DNA from: Phaeosaccion multiseriatum
Taxonomy: Eukaryota; Protista; Ochrophyta, other classes
Assembly (NCBI GenBank): GCA_965112735.1
Contig: OZ218959.1
Location: forward strand, 1,054,001-1,118,000
Direction of reading: 5' to 3'
Length of the DNA stretch: 64,000 bases
The position numbers and the translations under genes are program-made. This document shows, one piece after another, positions 24,800 through 37,825 of this stretch. The notes beneath the pieces were generated by a model, which did no database searches, was not told the DNA's origin, and saw nothing but the letters and a program-made list of their open reading frames with translations. Numbering within the stretch: position 1 is the first letter of the stretch; each line of letters begins with the position of its first letter.

Positions 24800-25616
24800 A
24801 TGGATGGGACCGTATATACCGTCGATCAGCTGTTCTCTCATGTGGGAGAGGGAAAGTACCAGGCAAGTAAGGGGGGCGGGGGGTGGCGTGGGGGCGTTGA
24901 CTGGCTCATCCCTCCTTATCCCCGCCCCCCCCTTCACATCTTGTCGTTGGTGGTGCCCATATTGCCTATGGATTGTCGGACCTTATTTTCTACCATACAT
25001 CAGTGATGGACCTTGCTTCCTCCATCATTGTCGGAACTTGTTTTCTGCCATGACATGCATGCATCAGCCAATGATGGACCTGCTTCTTCCTCCTCCCGCC
25101 CCCCGCCACGCACTGATGGACGACCTTCCTTCTCGTCCCGCTCTCTTCTATTTTGCAGCTATGCTTACTAGTTTGGTGTGGGCTCTCGTATACAGCCTAT
25201 TCGTGTCAGGTGAGGGGCACCCCAGCCAGTAAGAATATTTATCGTATCAACTCTCGTAGCGACACGCACGGCCGCTCTCCTCCCCCTCTCTCCTCCTCCT
25301 CTGCTGCTTTCCGGCTGCCTGTCCCTCCTGCTTCCCGTCTCTGCCTCTAAGGTGATCCTGATTGGGTTCCTGTCCACGTGCGCGGCGAGAGACTGGGGCC
25401 TTGTACCCGCTGCCAGGAGCTCTATCTCTGCCTGCTACTTTGTGGGACAAATTCTCGGAGCTGCCACCCTTGGGCCAGTCAGTGATTACTGGGGCCGCAA
25501 GCCTGCCTCCATTTTGTCGAGTGCCTTCATCCTTGTCTTCGGCCTCTTGTCAGCCGTCTCACCCAACATGTGAGTGACCGAGAGTGAGTGCGAGTGAGGG
25601 AGAGGAGAGTGAATGA

Positions 25617-25672
<56 letters not shown>

Positions 25673-28600
25673 GAAAGAGAGGCGAGAGCAAGTGACAGAG
25701 CGAGGAGAGAGGGAGGGAGCAAGTCGCCCACTCACTCTGCCCCAGCCATAAGCATGTTGGGGCAGACACCAGCCAACAGTCAACCTCGACCACTTGTTGT
25801 CTTGCCTTGCCCTTGACCTGCTGCTATTGCCCAAGCCCTTTCACCTTCTCACCTGACACCTAGTCTACTTGCGTCGCACCCCTGACCTCGACGAACCTCA
25901 GGTGGTATCTGATGGGTGCACGGATGCTGGTGGGCTTTGGGATAGGAGGCGTCTTTGCGCCCGCCGACTTGCTCGCGGTGAGGCAGGCAGGCAGCCAGGG
26001 GCAGTCAAGTCAAGTCAAGAGTGCCCTCGTTTGTCAGGTAGTTAGTCAGCCGTTACCTCCCTCTGCTGTACTCTCTGTTGTCATTCTTGTCGACACAAAC
26101 AGGAGTTTTCCAGCACCAAGCGGCGCGGTAGAAACCTTCTCATCATTCAGGTGGGTTGCGGGAGGAGCTTGAAGCGCAAAAGGGTTCTTTCGCTCGTCCC
26201 ACTGCCTGCTGCCCCTCTCCGTCCCCTTGTCGTCTCTTGCAATCCCATCATCCGAGGAATGAAGCCCAAAAGGGTTTTCGTTCGCTACATTTCTCTCTTA
26301 AAAGTCCTTTGTCCTGCTCTGCCTCTGTTCACTCTCTCGCCCGTCACACTGCTCTCTTACAATCCCATCGTCCTGCTCTGACTCTGTTCACTCTCTCGCT
26401 TCTCACACTGCTCTCTTGTTATCCCATCGTCCTGCTCTGCCTCTGTTCACTCCCTCGCTTCTCACACTGCTCTCTTACAATCCCATCGTCCTGCTCTGAC
26501 TCTGTTCACTCTCTCGCTTCTCACACTGCTCTCTTGTAATCCCATCGTCCTGCTCTGCCTCTGTTCACTCTGTCGCTCGTCACACTGCTCTCTTGTAATC
26601 GATGATCGTCCTGCTCTGCTCTGCCTCTGTTGCTTCCTCTCTGCCTCTCTCATCTGTTCAGCTCTTCTGGGGTATAGGCGCCGTGTGCGTGGTCTTCCTG
26701 GCGTGGTGCATCCTCGACTCCCGGGGGTGGAGGGCGCTGACGCTGCTGTGTACGCTGCCGATGGTCGTTATTACGATCGCGAGCCTCTGGATGCCTGAGT
26801 CGCCTCGTTGGCAACACGTACGCGGCAGGCCCCAGGCGGCCCTGCAGGTGTGTGCGTGATGCATATCAGAAAGCCTCCCTCCCTCTTGAGCTTGCGGAAG
26901 AGTCAGCCGAGATATCTTTCCAGGCGCATCTGCCACAATCTGCCACCACTTGAGAGTGAAAGAATTCCGCGGAGGCAGGCTCCCTCCCCTTGACCCCCCT
27001 TGGCCCCTCTTACGTAGTCAGCCGTCAGTTGTGCCTCATCATCACCCATTGTTTTGTTCCCGTCGTGCTGTACGGACCCCACACCACTGGCGCCACAGAC
27101 TCTGCGTGTGGCGGCGCAAGTCAATGGCCGCAAGCTGCCACCGGATGCTAAACTTCCCGAGGCCGAGTGTCTTGACGGCGTGGAGGTGCATGGCTTTAAG
27201 AATGTGGGGAAGCTCTTCATGCCCCGTCTCAGGTGGTTGACCGTCAGGCTGTGGATGCTTTGGTTCTCCTGGGGCTTCGCCTACTATGGCATTATCCGTG
27301 AGTGTCTCAAATCGCGAGATCGCAGAGGAACTTGGGGAGACGGAAACCCGTGAACACCTGCTGTGCCGTTGTGCTCTGTTCTATTCCCAACCTCTCCCTA
27401 CCCTCTCTTGCTCGCCCCTTGCCCTTGCGCGCGCACGCCCGCACTCACGCACGTACATGAAGTACTCAATGTCAGACTCTTCGAGTCCGAACTTTTGGAC
27501 GAGGATACGTGCACCTTCAATTACGAGGTTCGAAGGTGGGGGGGGGGGGGGGGGCACTAGCAGAAAGAGGTGCGCTGTGGCAGGGGCTTGCGATGGTGCT
27601 AACGGATCTCTCTTCGCGTTCCTGTCTCTGCCTCCCCTTTGTTCGCTTTCGCTTGCCCGGTGGCCGTTCGAGGATGGGCAGTCATTGGCCATTGTGGACT
27701 CTGCGGAGGCCGTGGGCATACTCCTCGCGCTCCCCCTTATCGACACCCTGGGACGCGTAGGGACGCAGGCTGTAACGTACCTGCTGGGGGCTGCTCTCCT
27801 GGTGCCCATCGCATTCGAGGTGACTTCATAACGGGAGAGGGAAGGCCTTGGGGGGGGCATCGATGAGCGAACCATGTGTCTGCTGGCTGCGTCTTTTGCA
27901 CTCAGATGATACTCCTCAGTGCTGAATGTGTTTGCCTTCTGCTTTGTACCCCGTCTGCTTTGTCGCTCGGTCTCGGTCGCTCTCAGGTGTCCCCGCACGT
28001 ATTGATTGTGCTCGTCGCCTTCGGGACGGTGGCCTGTATGCTCGCTTCGACCAGCACCTCATGGATTCACCTCCTAGGTCAGTCAGTCCAGTCAGTCAGT
28101 CAGGCAGGCACGCAGGCAGGCAGTAAGTCCGTCAAATTTTACGCGGGATTGTGCCGTGTGGGTGTGTACCATGGCGACTTGGCGACATCTGGCTGTGGAG
28201 GGCGGGCCGTCGTGTAAAGGAACATCGTCATCACCTCCTCCTCTTGGCGGCGGCTGAGTTCCGCGGCTCGTACGTCAGCGAGGCGCGCGCCTTGAGCAAG
28301 TTCAGCAGGGCCACCGCGAAGCGGGGAATCAACACAATAGCCCATAGCGAAGCGCTTCTGTTTTGTTCCGCTGCCGCTTTCTTCTGCTCTCATCCTCCTT
28401 TGACCGTTCTGTTTGCCTCTGCCTCCGACCTGCGCTGCCCTCCCTCCCCCCGCCCCTGGACCATGTCTCTGTCCTCTGCCCTCTACCGTACCCTGCGCTA
28501 CGTAGAGCTGTACACGACGGACGTTCGCGGAACGGGGCACGCATGGGCCAACTTGCCGGTGAGGAGGGGGGATGGCTGAACAAGTGTTGAGTGCATAATC

Positions 28601-29182
28601 TTAGAGGGAAACCGCCATTGCGCGAGCGCCCTTTGTACGTCGCGCCTTCGTTAAGACCGCCCCTGCCTGCCTGCCCTGTCCTTTCGTGCCAAAGGAATGC
28701 TTGGGGGCCTTTCTTTCCCCCTATTTGGTGCAGAGCGACTTCTCCATCTTCACCTGCGCCACAAGCATCTCCGCTGTGCTTGTGCTTGCAGGTGAGTGAA
28801 TAATTGAAGAGAGAAGGGGGGGGGGCTGGATGCATGGCGGGGCTTGGTTGTTTGCTTGGCTCCGGCCGATTCTCTCTTGTGAGGCGACCCGCTATTCACT
28901 CCCGCTCTTTTTCTTCTTCTTGTGTAATCGCTGCCACTTGGTGCTCATCTTTGGCCGTTTTCTTCTTCGATCCACATCTCACCTCTCTCTCGCACGCTTG
29001 GCCTGACTGCTGGTGCCCTTCGCCCGCCCTACCACACAGGCGTCATCTGTCTGACGTTCCCGGAGACCGCGGGGAGGGACCTAGACCAAACAAACGACCC
29101 ACCAGAAGCAGACGGGGAAGCAGCAGCAGCAGCAGCAGGAGGGAAAGAGGAAGAACCGTCACAAATACGGTCTTTGCTGTAG
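24800..29182 (+). CDS. MFS transporter, SVOP/SV2-like (organic cation/sugar porter related), about 13 exons
   Basis: Contains TVDQLFSHVGEGKYQ, motif A GPVSDYWGRKP, RMLVGFGIGG, FWGIG, GWR, PESPRW, WFSWGFAYYG, DTLGR, ELYTTDVRGTG and FPETAGRDL. Stop TAG at 29180-29182. The start codon is uncertain and may lie upstream. Confidence 0.9.
26311..26640 (+). repeat. Intronic minisatellite, 59-bp unit, about 5.5 copies
   Basis: TCCTGCTCTGCCTCTGTTCACTCTCTCGCTTCTCACACTGCTCTCTTACAATCCCATCG repeated, with starts at ~26312, 26371 and onward. Confidence 0.9.
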
Positions 29183-29634
29183 TTTCATCGTGTTTTAGAC
29201 TCCTTGGATCAAATAGTAATCCCTGCCCCAGCGGATACACCCCTTTAAATGACAGCACCTGCTAGCTACCCCCCCCCATGAGGTTTTTTAGCCCACTAGC
29301 TACTGCTTCCCTGTCTTGTTGGCCCTGTCTGGCTGGTACCACGAGCGCAATGTCACCTTTAGAAGTCGGAAGCGACAATCTTACGTACGCGACCCTCAGT
29401 CCCCATCCCTCCTGGGGCGCCTTGCTTGCGTCGCACTCTGCCCGCTCGAGACTCGAGACTTGGCACCCGAGACTACCGTCGCCGTAGAGTAAGGCTTTAG
29501 CTAGCAGTCAGCATTAGTGGTGCGCAATGAGGCTTTTTGCAACGCTGGAGAGGGAAGGAAGGAAAAAAAAAACAAAAAAAAACCTTTTGGTGCCATCTCG
29601 ACCCCGTTTCCATCTCCTTCCTCTCTCTTCCCTC

Positions 29635-29668
<34 letters not shown>

Positions 29669-29719
29669 GAAGTCTCTCTATTGCAGTCTCTGTACCATCA
29701 GCTTGGGAGCCCGGCTCCG

Positions 29720-32700
29720 ATGGAAGAGTCACGGAAAAGGGAGAGGACGGCGGAGAAGGGCAACAATCCGAGTGGAAGATACGTGCCAGCTCATCCCTTC
29801 GTCGCTGGTGCCCTGGCCGGTGGAGTTGAGATTCTAATAACCTTTCCCTTAGGTATGCAGAGACTCTGCTTCTCCATTTCTTTTTTCATTAATCTGGGTC
29901 CTGTCCTCTCTGATGCTTCCTTCCTCCTCTCTCTCTTGCTTCGAATGCGTTGCCTCCGAACTTGTGCGTCACACGATAAGAGTACGTCAAAGTGCAGCTT
30001 CAGCTGCAGGACGATATCCCAGGGAGTAGACCAGAGGCTCGGTCAGCAGGAGGCGCAGCAACAGCAGCTGACGCACCAGCAGCAGTGGGGAGAGCAGGAG
30101 CAGAGCGACGAAGTATGGGACTCGGAACCGAGCCGCAGATTCACTATAAGGTCCGTGGGCCCAAACCTGGGCACTGTGTGCAGAGAAGTGATGCCACCGC
30201 GCCCCATCTCTCTCTGTGGTTGACAGGACACGGGCTGGTGGCAGGCAGCAATGGGGGGATAGGGGGGGCCTTTGTGGCTACGTATGCGATTTAGGGGCAG
30301 CGACAGAACGCCCAGTGCTTCCGAGCTACCGCGTCCCATTCTCGTGCCTGCGCCCCCCCCCCCCCGCGCCTGTATATTATTGTCGTGGCAAGGCACGTGG
30401 GGGTCAGTAGCAACAAGGAGAATCTGGCATCGAAGCTACAGAACGAAGTGTCGGCTCCTTGTGCTGCCACGTGCATGTGCAAGCCAACCGCTGACGTCGG
30501 TGTTTGCTTATGCCTCTTGGCGCTGCTCAGGGGCCCCTCCACGTCGCTCGCTCCACCCTGGCCGCGCGAGGCTTCACAGGACTCTACGTGGGACTTCCAG
30601 GTATTTGAGTGAGGGTGCGTGTGTGCGGGAGAGTGAGTGGGGCAATGCTGACCCCCTGCACTCGGGTATGCGTATGTGCTTATGCGTAAGAAGAGAGAGA
30701 GGGACAGGTGAGAAGGAAGGAGAGGGTTTCTCATTGCCCTCTTTGCCGTCTGCCAATGGCCACTCTCCTCCTCCCCCCGGTCCCAGCCTGGTTGTCCTTC
30801 GCCTTACCTCGCACGGCCATCAAGTTCTCCACGTACGAGGCGGTGACCTCAGCGCTGCAGGGGGGCAGTAGAGAAAGAGTCAGTGGTATCAATGCAGCTT
30901 TGGCGGGAACTGTGGCGGTGAGAAGGAACACAAGGAGGGTGGCGGCGACGGGGGAGAGACGGCCCAGAGACGGAGGCAAGAGAGGGAGAGGGGGGGGGGG
31001 GGGGGAGGGCCAGAGGAACACATGCAAGGAGGGCATTTCGCCTTCCGCTCACTGATGCGACGTATGCGCTTCTGACTCTGTTGTCGGTGTGGGTACAGTC
31101 CCTTAGTGCTTACGTGTCTTCCTTCTGCTGTGCAACGCCCCTCTCTCGACAGGGGGCTGTGGAGGCGGCCACGTGTTTAACGCCGTTACAGAGCATCCAA
31201 ATAAAGATGACGCACGATTTGCGCCTGGAAAGGAAGTACAAGTGAGTGAAAGACAAGTCGGTGGGTGGGTGAGTGAGTGATTGGGTGGGTGAGTGAGTGA
31301 TTGGGTGAGTGAGTGAGTGAGTTAGTAAGTAAGTGGGTGAGTGAGTGATTGGGTGGGTGAGTGAGTGATTGGGTAGGTGAGTGAGTGGTTGGGTGGGTGA
31401 GTGAGTGATTGGGTGAGTGAGTGAGTGATTGGGTGAGTGAGTGATTGGGTCAGTGAGTGAGTGAGTGAGTAAGTAAGTGGGTGAGTGAGTGATTGGGTGG
31501 GTGAGTGAGTGATTGGGTAGGTGAGTGAGTGGTTGGGTGGGTGAGTGAGTGATTGGGTGGGTGAGTGAGTGATTGGGTAGGTGAGTGAGTGATTGGGTGG
31601 GTGAGTGAGTGATTGGGTGGGTGGGTGAGTGAGTGAGTGAAGTCGTCTGTGAGAATGGGGAAGACGGTGAAAAGACGGGCAAGCTATCACGCGTGGAGGA
31701 AAAGAGTATGTTTGTGTGAGAAGGGTGGCTTCTGAGACAAGTTGATGGATGGAACAACATGAAAAGTTATCACGGGACACGAATGCGTGGGCTCTGTCCC
31801 CCCTCCTTCCCCTTCGCTTATTCCCCCCTGTCTCTCTCTCTCCGTCTCTCTCCCTCTGTCTCCTTCCCCTTCGCTTATTCCCCCCTGTATCTCTCTCTCC
31901 GTCTCTCTCTCTCTGTCTCCTTCCCCTTCGCTTATTCCCCCCTATGTCTCTCTCTCTCTCTGTCCTCCCCAATAATACACTGCAACCCTGTGTCCTGTGC
32001 GCATGCCACCTAACCACCCACCCACCACTCCAGAGGCTTTTTCCACGCCTGCGTGAGCATTCCCCGACAGGAGGGTATCGCCAAGGGTCTCTTCTGTGGG
32101 CTCGTCCCCTGTGTCGCGAAGGGTGCTCTGAACAACGCCATTCGCTTCTGCGTGGTAGGCGAGCTCAGCGCGCTGCTCAAGAAGCGGAGGGGGGGGCAAC
32201 ATGGCGACTCGGAGTCCCTGGGGTTGGCGACGACCTTTGGAGTGGGAGTGGTGGCAGGCGCGATGAGTGCGGTGAGTCAGTCCGGAGGATTGATTGGGGC
32301 TGAGGCGCGAATATGTCCGACTGAGACCGGCGACAAGGCGGGAGGGGCGAAGGCAGGGCTGTGGCCTGGCCGGCGCAGGACGGCGCTCGTGTGTGCGTGC
32401 GTACGTGCGTGTGTGTGGGCTTGCGTGGCTGCTGTGGAGGGCGTTGGGATTGGGGGTGGAGTGTCCCCGTCTTCTGCTCCTGACTGACTCAAGTCTCCTC
32501 ACCCCGAGTCTGACTCCCCGCCGCCCTCGCCCCCTCCCCCACCCACCCACTACTGCTTGCCTCCCTCCCCCCTTCACCTCGCGTGTCTTGTTTCAGGTGG
32601 TAACACACCCCATTGATACCGGTGAGTAGCGTGCTCGCCTTGTGCGGGGTATTTAGTGACTTACCCTGCCAGGCTGCTCCGCCTGTGGAAAGACGAAGAG

Positions 32701-33122
32701 ATGCGCCTCAATTGTGTGTGTGTGTGTGTGTATGTGTGTGTTGCCTCTCAAGCCCGTCCCGGGCTGTCTCTCTTTTGTTGTGGTGGTGGGCGGTGGCGGG
32801 GATGTCAGGCTGCTCGTCTGTCAGCGCGCGCAGAGAACTCCCTCGTGTAGACCCGTCTCCGTCTCAGTGTCTCATTGTAGTACCCGTTGATGTGCTGCAT
32901 TTGTGCGTCATTGAATCAGTCAAGAGCAACATGCAAGGGCTGGAGGCGAGCAGGTACAGCAGCAGCTTTGACTGCGCTCGCCAAATCATGTCTTCCCGGG
33001 GCTTGCAGGGGCTGTATCGGGGCCTCTCTCCGCGCTGTGGGCGCGTGTGTCTGGAGATTGGTCTGCACTTTGCGCTTTACGATCAATTCAGCAGAGCGCT
33101 TGACCGCTGGTTGGACGGGTAG
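29720..33122 (+). CDS. Mitochondrial carrier (SLC25), tricarboxylate/citrate carrier-like, about 8 exons
   Basis: Three carrier repeats: AGGVEILITFPLEYVKVQLQL...GLYVG; AGAVEAATCLTPLQSIQIK...KGALNNAIRF; HPIDTVKSNMQGLEASRY...GLYRGLSPRCGRVCL. These closely resemble the SLC25A1/CTP1 motifs (TFPTEYVK, QAIRF, RLGRVCL). Confidence 0.88.
31261..31640 (+). repeat. Compound (GTGA)n/GATTGGGTGG minisatellite in a carrier-gene intron
   Basis: About 20-bp unit GTGAGTGAGTGATTGGGTGG repeated with a higher-order duplication. Confidence 0.9.
31795..31960 (+). repeat. Pyrimidine-rich ~57-bp unit x3 near an intron 3' end
   Basis: TCCTTCCCCTTCGCTTATTCCCCCCT... repeated three times. Confidence 0.85.
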
Positions 33123-33508
33123 GCTGGGAGGTTAGCTCCATGGGCCAGTCCCACAGAGGGGTCGTCCACTCGTGAGAGATTGTTTTACGTACTCTTTGTT
33201 GCTAGAGAGTGCACGGCGGAGGGGATTACACACTTCAGTCGGGCCACAGAAGAGCCACAGAAGAGCTTCATTCAGAAGAGCTTCAACGTTCCGAGTGCTC
33301 ACGGAGTGGGAGGTGCAGAGCACAGAGCTGCACGCAGACTTATTCATGACTTAGTTACTTGTGTACATTTGTGAAGGCTCAAAAGGGGCCCTTCGTACCG
33401 TGTGCTTCACTCGGGTTTGACGCGACAACGGGCCCTGCCGAGGCTGAGACTGAGCTTCCTTTCTCCCGAGTCCATGATTTTGTCCTTCGGTCGCCGCCTC
33501 CTCTTCCG

Positions 33509-36216
33509 TTAGCTGCTCCCTTTCTTCTTCTTCGTCTTCTTCTTCTTCTTCTTCTTGCAGCGTTGTTGTTGTTGTTGTTGCTGCTGCTGTTGCTGTGGCG
33601 AGGCAGAGGTGTGCGAGTGCTCCACCCCCGCACCCCCCTGGAGCATGCGCTGCCAATTGGAGGTCACACCCGCGGCAACATCTGCAGAGGAGGAAGCCAC
33701 CGCTGCCCGCCCCCCCTCCCCGCGGGCTTTGACAGCCGCAATGTGCTGTGCCACTCGACTCAGAGCCTCTCTCAGCTGGTCCACACTCCCTTTCAGCTCC
33801 TGGGGTAGCGGCTGAAGAAAGTCGCTCTCTCCACGAGCGGTCTTCTTGCTGCTGGCGTCAGGACTGCTGCCCATATGTCTGCTGCTGTCCCGGCGGCGGC
33901 GGCGCTTCTCAAACAGAGGCGGCAGTTGCGGTTGCTGAGAGGCGGGTAGAGAGGCGTAAATGGCCTCCCCGTAGCGATCCTGCCAGTACTGCCGCTGCTT
34001 GCGTCGCTGCTCGAGGCACTGGATCAGTGCCACCATTAGCTTGCGCGCGCTTTTGGCCTCCTCCAAAGTGACCACCGCAGCTGTATCACCAACTGCTACT
34101 GCGTCACCCCCGCCTCCGTTCTCCCCTTGCCGACGAAGCCGCTCCCCCAGAGACAGGAGGTGAGTGAAGACACGCTCAGTGCGCTCCTCCAGATTCAGCC
34201 ATACAGTGACCAGGCTGGACATGGGGCCCTGCCACCACGGATGGCGCTCGGCGTGCTCTTGGCCCTGCAGCCAGAACTGAAACAGCCACTCGCTCTCCAC
34301 TTCCGTCTGCACAGCTTGCTCCGTGCGAACCTGAGGCCACGTATGGGGGGAGGGTCGGAGGGGTGGGGGTGGTTGTAGTGGCGGTGGTGGCGGGGGTAAG
34401 AAAGAGCAAGAGAGGCAGGCCTTATCCATGAGTGAGGAGAGAGCGACGTGCAGAAAGTCCGACATGAAGCACAGAAGCAAAGTCGCAACAGCGCTTACGG
34501 CAGTTGGTGATCTACAACATGTAGTCCAAAACAAGCCAGAAAATCCAACATGGTCAGTCAGCCCCTCTCAAACGCGCACCTGAGCAGCTGTTGAGGCCCT
34601 GCCCTGCGGCTGCTGTATCACCAACTTCTGCTGCTGTTGCTCCTTTCCTGCCGACTCGCCGGAGTCTTGCACTCCGCTCGGAGAAAAGGCGGAGGGCCCG
34701 AGCACGCCGAGGCATCGCGCAGACACATCTGCCCACGTGTTGCCGGCCTTGACCGACACTCGGTGTGTAGACGAATATCGGAGACTTCCCCGCCCAGCCA
34801 GGACGGCGTGCTGGTGGTGGTGGTTGAACTCATCCAGGAGAAAATAGCAGTCTCCGCTGTGCAGGGGAATCACGAGAGGTGGTGCAATGCCCTGCTGCTG
34901 CTTCCCCGCTTCTGAAGAAGGAGTGCCTGGTTTGTCTTGGTCTTTGTCGTCTCCTTCCTTCCTGCTACGCTTGCCTCTCCCATCCTCTTGCTCCTTCTCC
35001 TTCTTGTCCTCGTCCTCTTCCTCCGGCACCACTCGCACAGCGACTGCCCACTCCGGCGGCGCCTTGCTGCCCTTCGCTTCCTCTGTGCAGTGATACACTC
35101 CGATGGTGGAAAAGTCCTCTAAGCACGAGTCCGAGTGCCAGCTCACAGAGCACCTCCCCATGCCAAATATGGGCTCTGGCTTGAGGTCCAGCTTGAGGCT
35201 GGCTGGCTGCATACGATTGATGAGCGTGAGGTTGAAGTCAGAGCTACCCAGCACCAGTGGTGGCGCGTCCTCCTGCGACGGTCCCGCCGGCCCATCCTTT
35301 CGCTGCTGGAGCTTGGTGGCCATGTCCTCCTCCTCCATAGCCTTCTCTGCCCGCTTCTTGACCCAGGCGTTGAGCTCGCCCATCTGATGCAGCACCCTCT
35401 CCACCTGGGCAGCATGAGCCGCAGAAGGGTCGCCCCCGCCTGCTGCCAAGCCACGGCCACGGCCACTGTTACTGCTGCCCTTCTGGGCCTTCTTTGGGGG
35501 CTTCTTCCAGAGAGTAAAGAGGGCAGGGTCAAGAACACCCGAGGGGTTCGGGCCCTTGGACGCATTGCCCGACCACGGGTGCGCGAAGATCCTCAGACCT
35601 AGGTACTTGTATGTGATGCCAGGCTCGCCGAGCACCAGCCGAGTCACAAACGTCTTACTGAGACGCTTCCCTCCCGCCTGCACGACATCGTACTTCGGGA
35701 CAAAGAGAATAATAGAAGAGGCAAGAGGGGGAAAGAGGGGGCTTGTACTCAGGCATGGCGTTTCCTGTCATCGAGCATCGCCCTGGGAGTCCGAGTCAGC
35801 AGTGAGAAAGCCCAGCCTACCTGGTACAAGTCCAGTTTATGAAGATCTTCGAAGGTTTGCTTGAACTTGGCGTGGACGTCGCTGCTGATAGACCTCGCGG
35901 GCTCTCGCCTCAGTCCTATGTAGCTCGCAGCCTTTGCCTCTTCGAAGAGCGCATCAGACGGGGTCAACCAGCGCTCGGAGGAGGCCGAGGGAGATGGGAA
36001 GGGGAGTGGTCGGTGGTCTTCACGCAAACCGCCCATGGTGAACTTGGGGTGCGACCGAGAGGGAGAAACAACGACAGCAGTAGCAGGGGCGGCGTCGGGA
36101 GTAGGCCTGCGCCTCTTCTTCGTCTTCTTCCTGCCCTCCCCAGTCTCGCCTGCCACTGCTGCTGCTTTCGGGCCATCTGATGCCGTAGTGTATACGGCAC
36201 GTCTCTTTTTCTTCAT
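33509..36216 (-). CDS. FTO: FTO alpha-ketoglutarate/Fe(II)-dependent RNA demethylase homolog, 3 exons (~36216-35821, 35692-34579, 34331-33509)
   Basis: Contains TFVTRLVLGEPGITYKYLGLRIFAHPW, FNLTLINRM, EPIFGMGRCSVSWHSD (HxD), GDCYFLLDEFNHHHQHAVLAG (distal His) and RYSSTHRV, plus the C-terminal domain motif EVESEWLFQFWLQG...HPWW..PM. Confidence 0.95.
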
Positions 36217-37825
36217 AACAAAAGGCAGCGGGAGAGATCACTTAGGAGCGGGGACGATGCGGCAAAAGGGGAAAAGCCTGAGCATGCGAGTTGGTGCTCC
36301 GCGTATTGACACAACTGGCGATTTTGCTTGTGGTCCTCCTCCCTCCTCCTCATTTTTCCCTCCTACCTCCTCCCCACACAATGAAACCATCCGCGCCACA
36401 TAGTCAGGGCAGCGGGGGGGGGGGGGCTGTTTCCCCTGCCACTACTGTAACCGAAGCACTGACCAGAGAGAGGAAGGCAGATGATGAATCGTCCCCGGAT
36501 TAAAGGTGTGACGACTTTCTTTCAACAGAATCAACGCCATCTCGCCCACTCTGGAGCGGCCCAGGTCCGTGGACCCGAGACTTCGCCCCTGGCCTTGCGT
36601 CGATGTGAAAGAGCGAGCACCATCCAACAACGTGCCTGTGTCCACATCCATCTTGTCCTGACCACGCCCCCAAAGCACCGGCGTCGATCGAGGGCCCCTT
36701 CTCGGTAAGTGAAAAGCTCACGCCTTGGTATGCGTCAAAGCCTTGACTTCCCATACGTATCGCTATCACACACATGTCATGAACCGCTTTCTTACCCATT
36801 GGAGCCAGCTGCTACCTACAGCTAGGCAACTAAGAATTTGCGGAAGATGAACGCACTGTAAACATTGCCGGACCCGTTACACGCATCATTAAATATGGTC
36901 GGGACAATCCCTAGCACGAGTGCCACACCCTGTTCCACACCTTGTTATCTTCTCTCCCCACACGCCTTTGTCCCACAATTGCTAAGGACCGTTGCTAAGC
37001 ACCTTCCTTTTTTTTGTTACTTGTTGCTTGTGCTGTCGTGTGAAGATTCTCCGCGCTGGCTGAAGACGCTTCCCTTCCCGACGGAGGGAGAGAGCAACAC
37101 GTGACGTGGACGGATTCTGCCCCTGCCCGCCTACAAGACGGTCAAGTTATCCATCTGTTGCCGAACCGAGTCGTCTTGCTTGGCAACGGACCGCTGGCTG
37201 ACTGGTGACTGGCGCCACCCGCGGGGGCGAAACCCCCTGTCCCCGTCTCGCTTTTTCAATGAGCCCGCTTTTGGGTCGTACTAAAGATCACAATCGGTGG
37301 CGCCGGCAGGGAGGGAGGGGGTACCGTGCATTCCTATTCCGGCGGCACCTCTCCCGCTCTACAAGAAGAAAGCAAGGAACGAGGAAGGACCCCAGTGTGT
37401 GGGCACTGCACTGCACTGCACTGCACTGTACCTGCTGGCCGTGCCTCGGGCATGTGCGCCCTCGCCCCCCTCGGAGAATGGCGTGGTTTGTCTCGCACCG
37501 CTGTGCCAAGCGAGACAGCCGCGATGCTGCAAGAGTAGCGCAATTCCACCTGCAAGAGAAGCACCATCACTTGAGTCAAAGTAGCGCCTGGAGGCCTGAC
37601 TGGGAGTGGACCTTTGCTCTCAGGCGCGGTGTTTCCCTAACCTCTGAGCCAGCTGCCGCCGCTGCTGATGCCACTGTGACGACACAACGCTCAGTCGAAC
37701 TCCCTGTCGGCCCCGTGTCTCGAATATGACACATTCTCATATTTTAAAAATGAATAAACCACGGGGTTGCAAAACTGTGTCAAAAACTACGGAGCTCTCT
37801 GACGCTCTACGATGAAAAGTACGTT

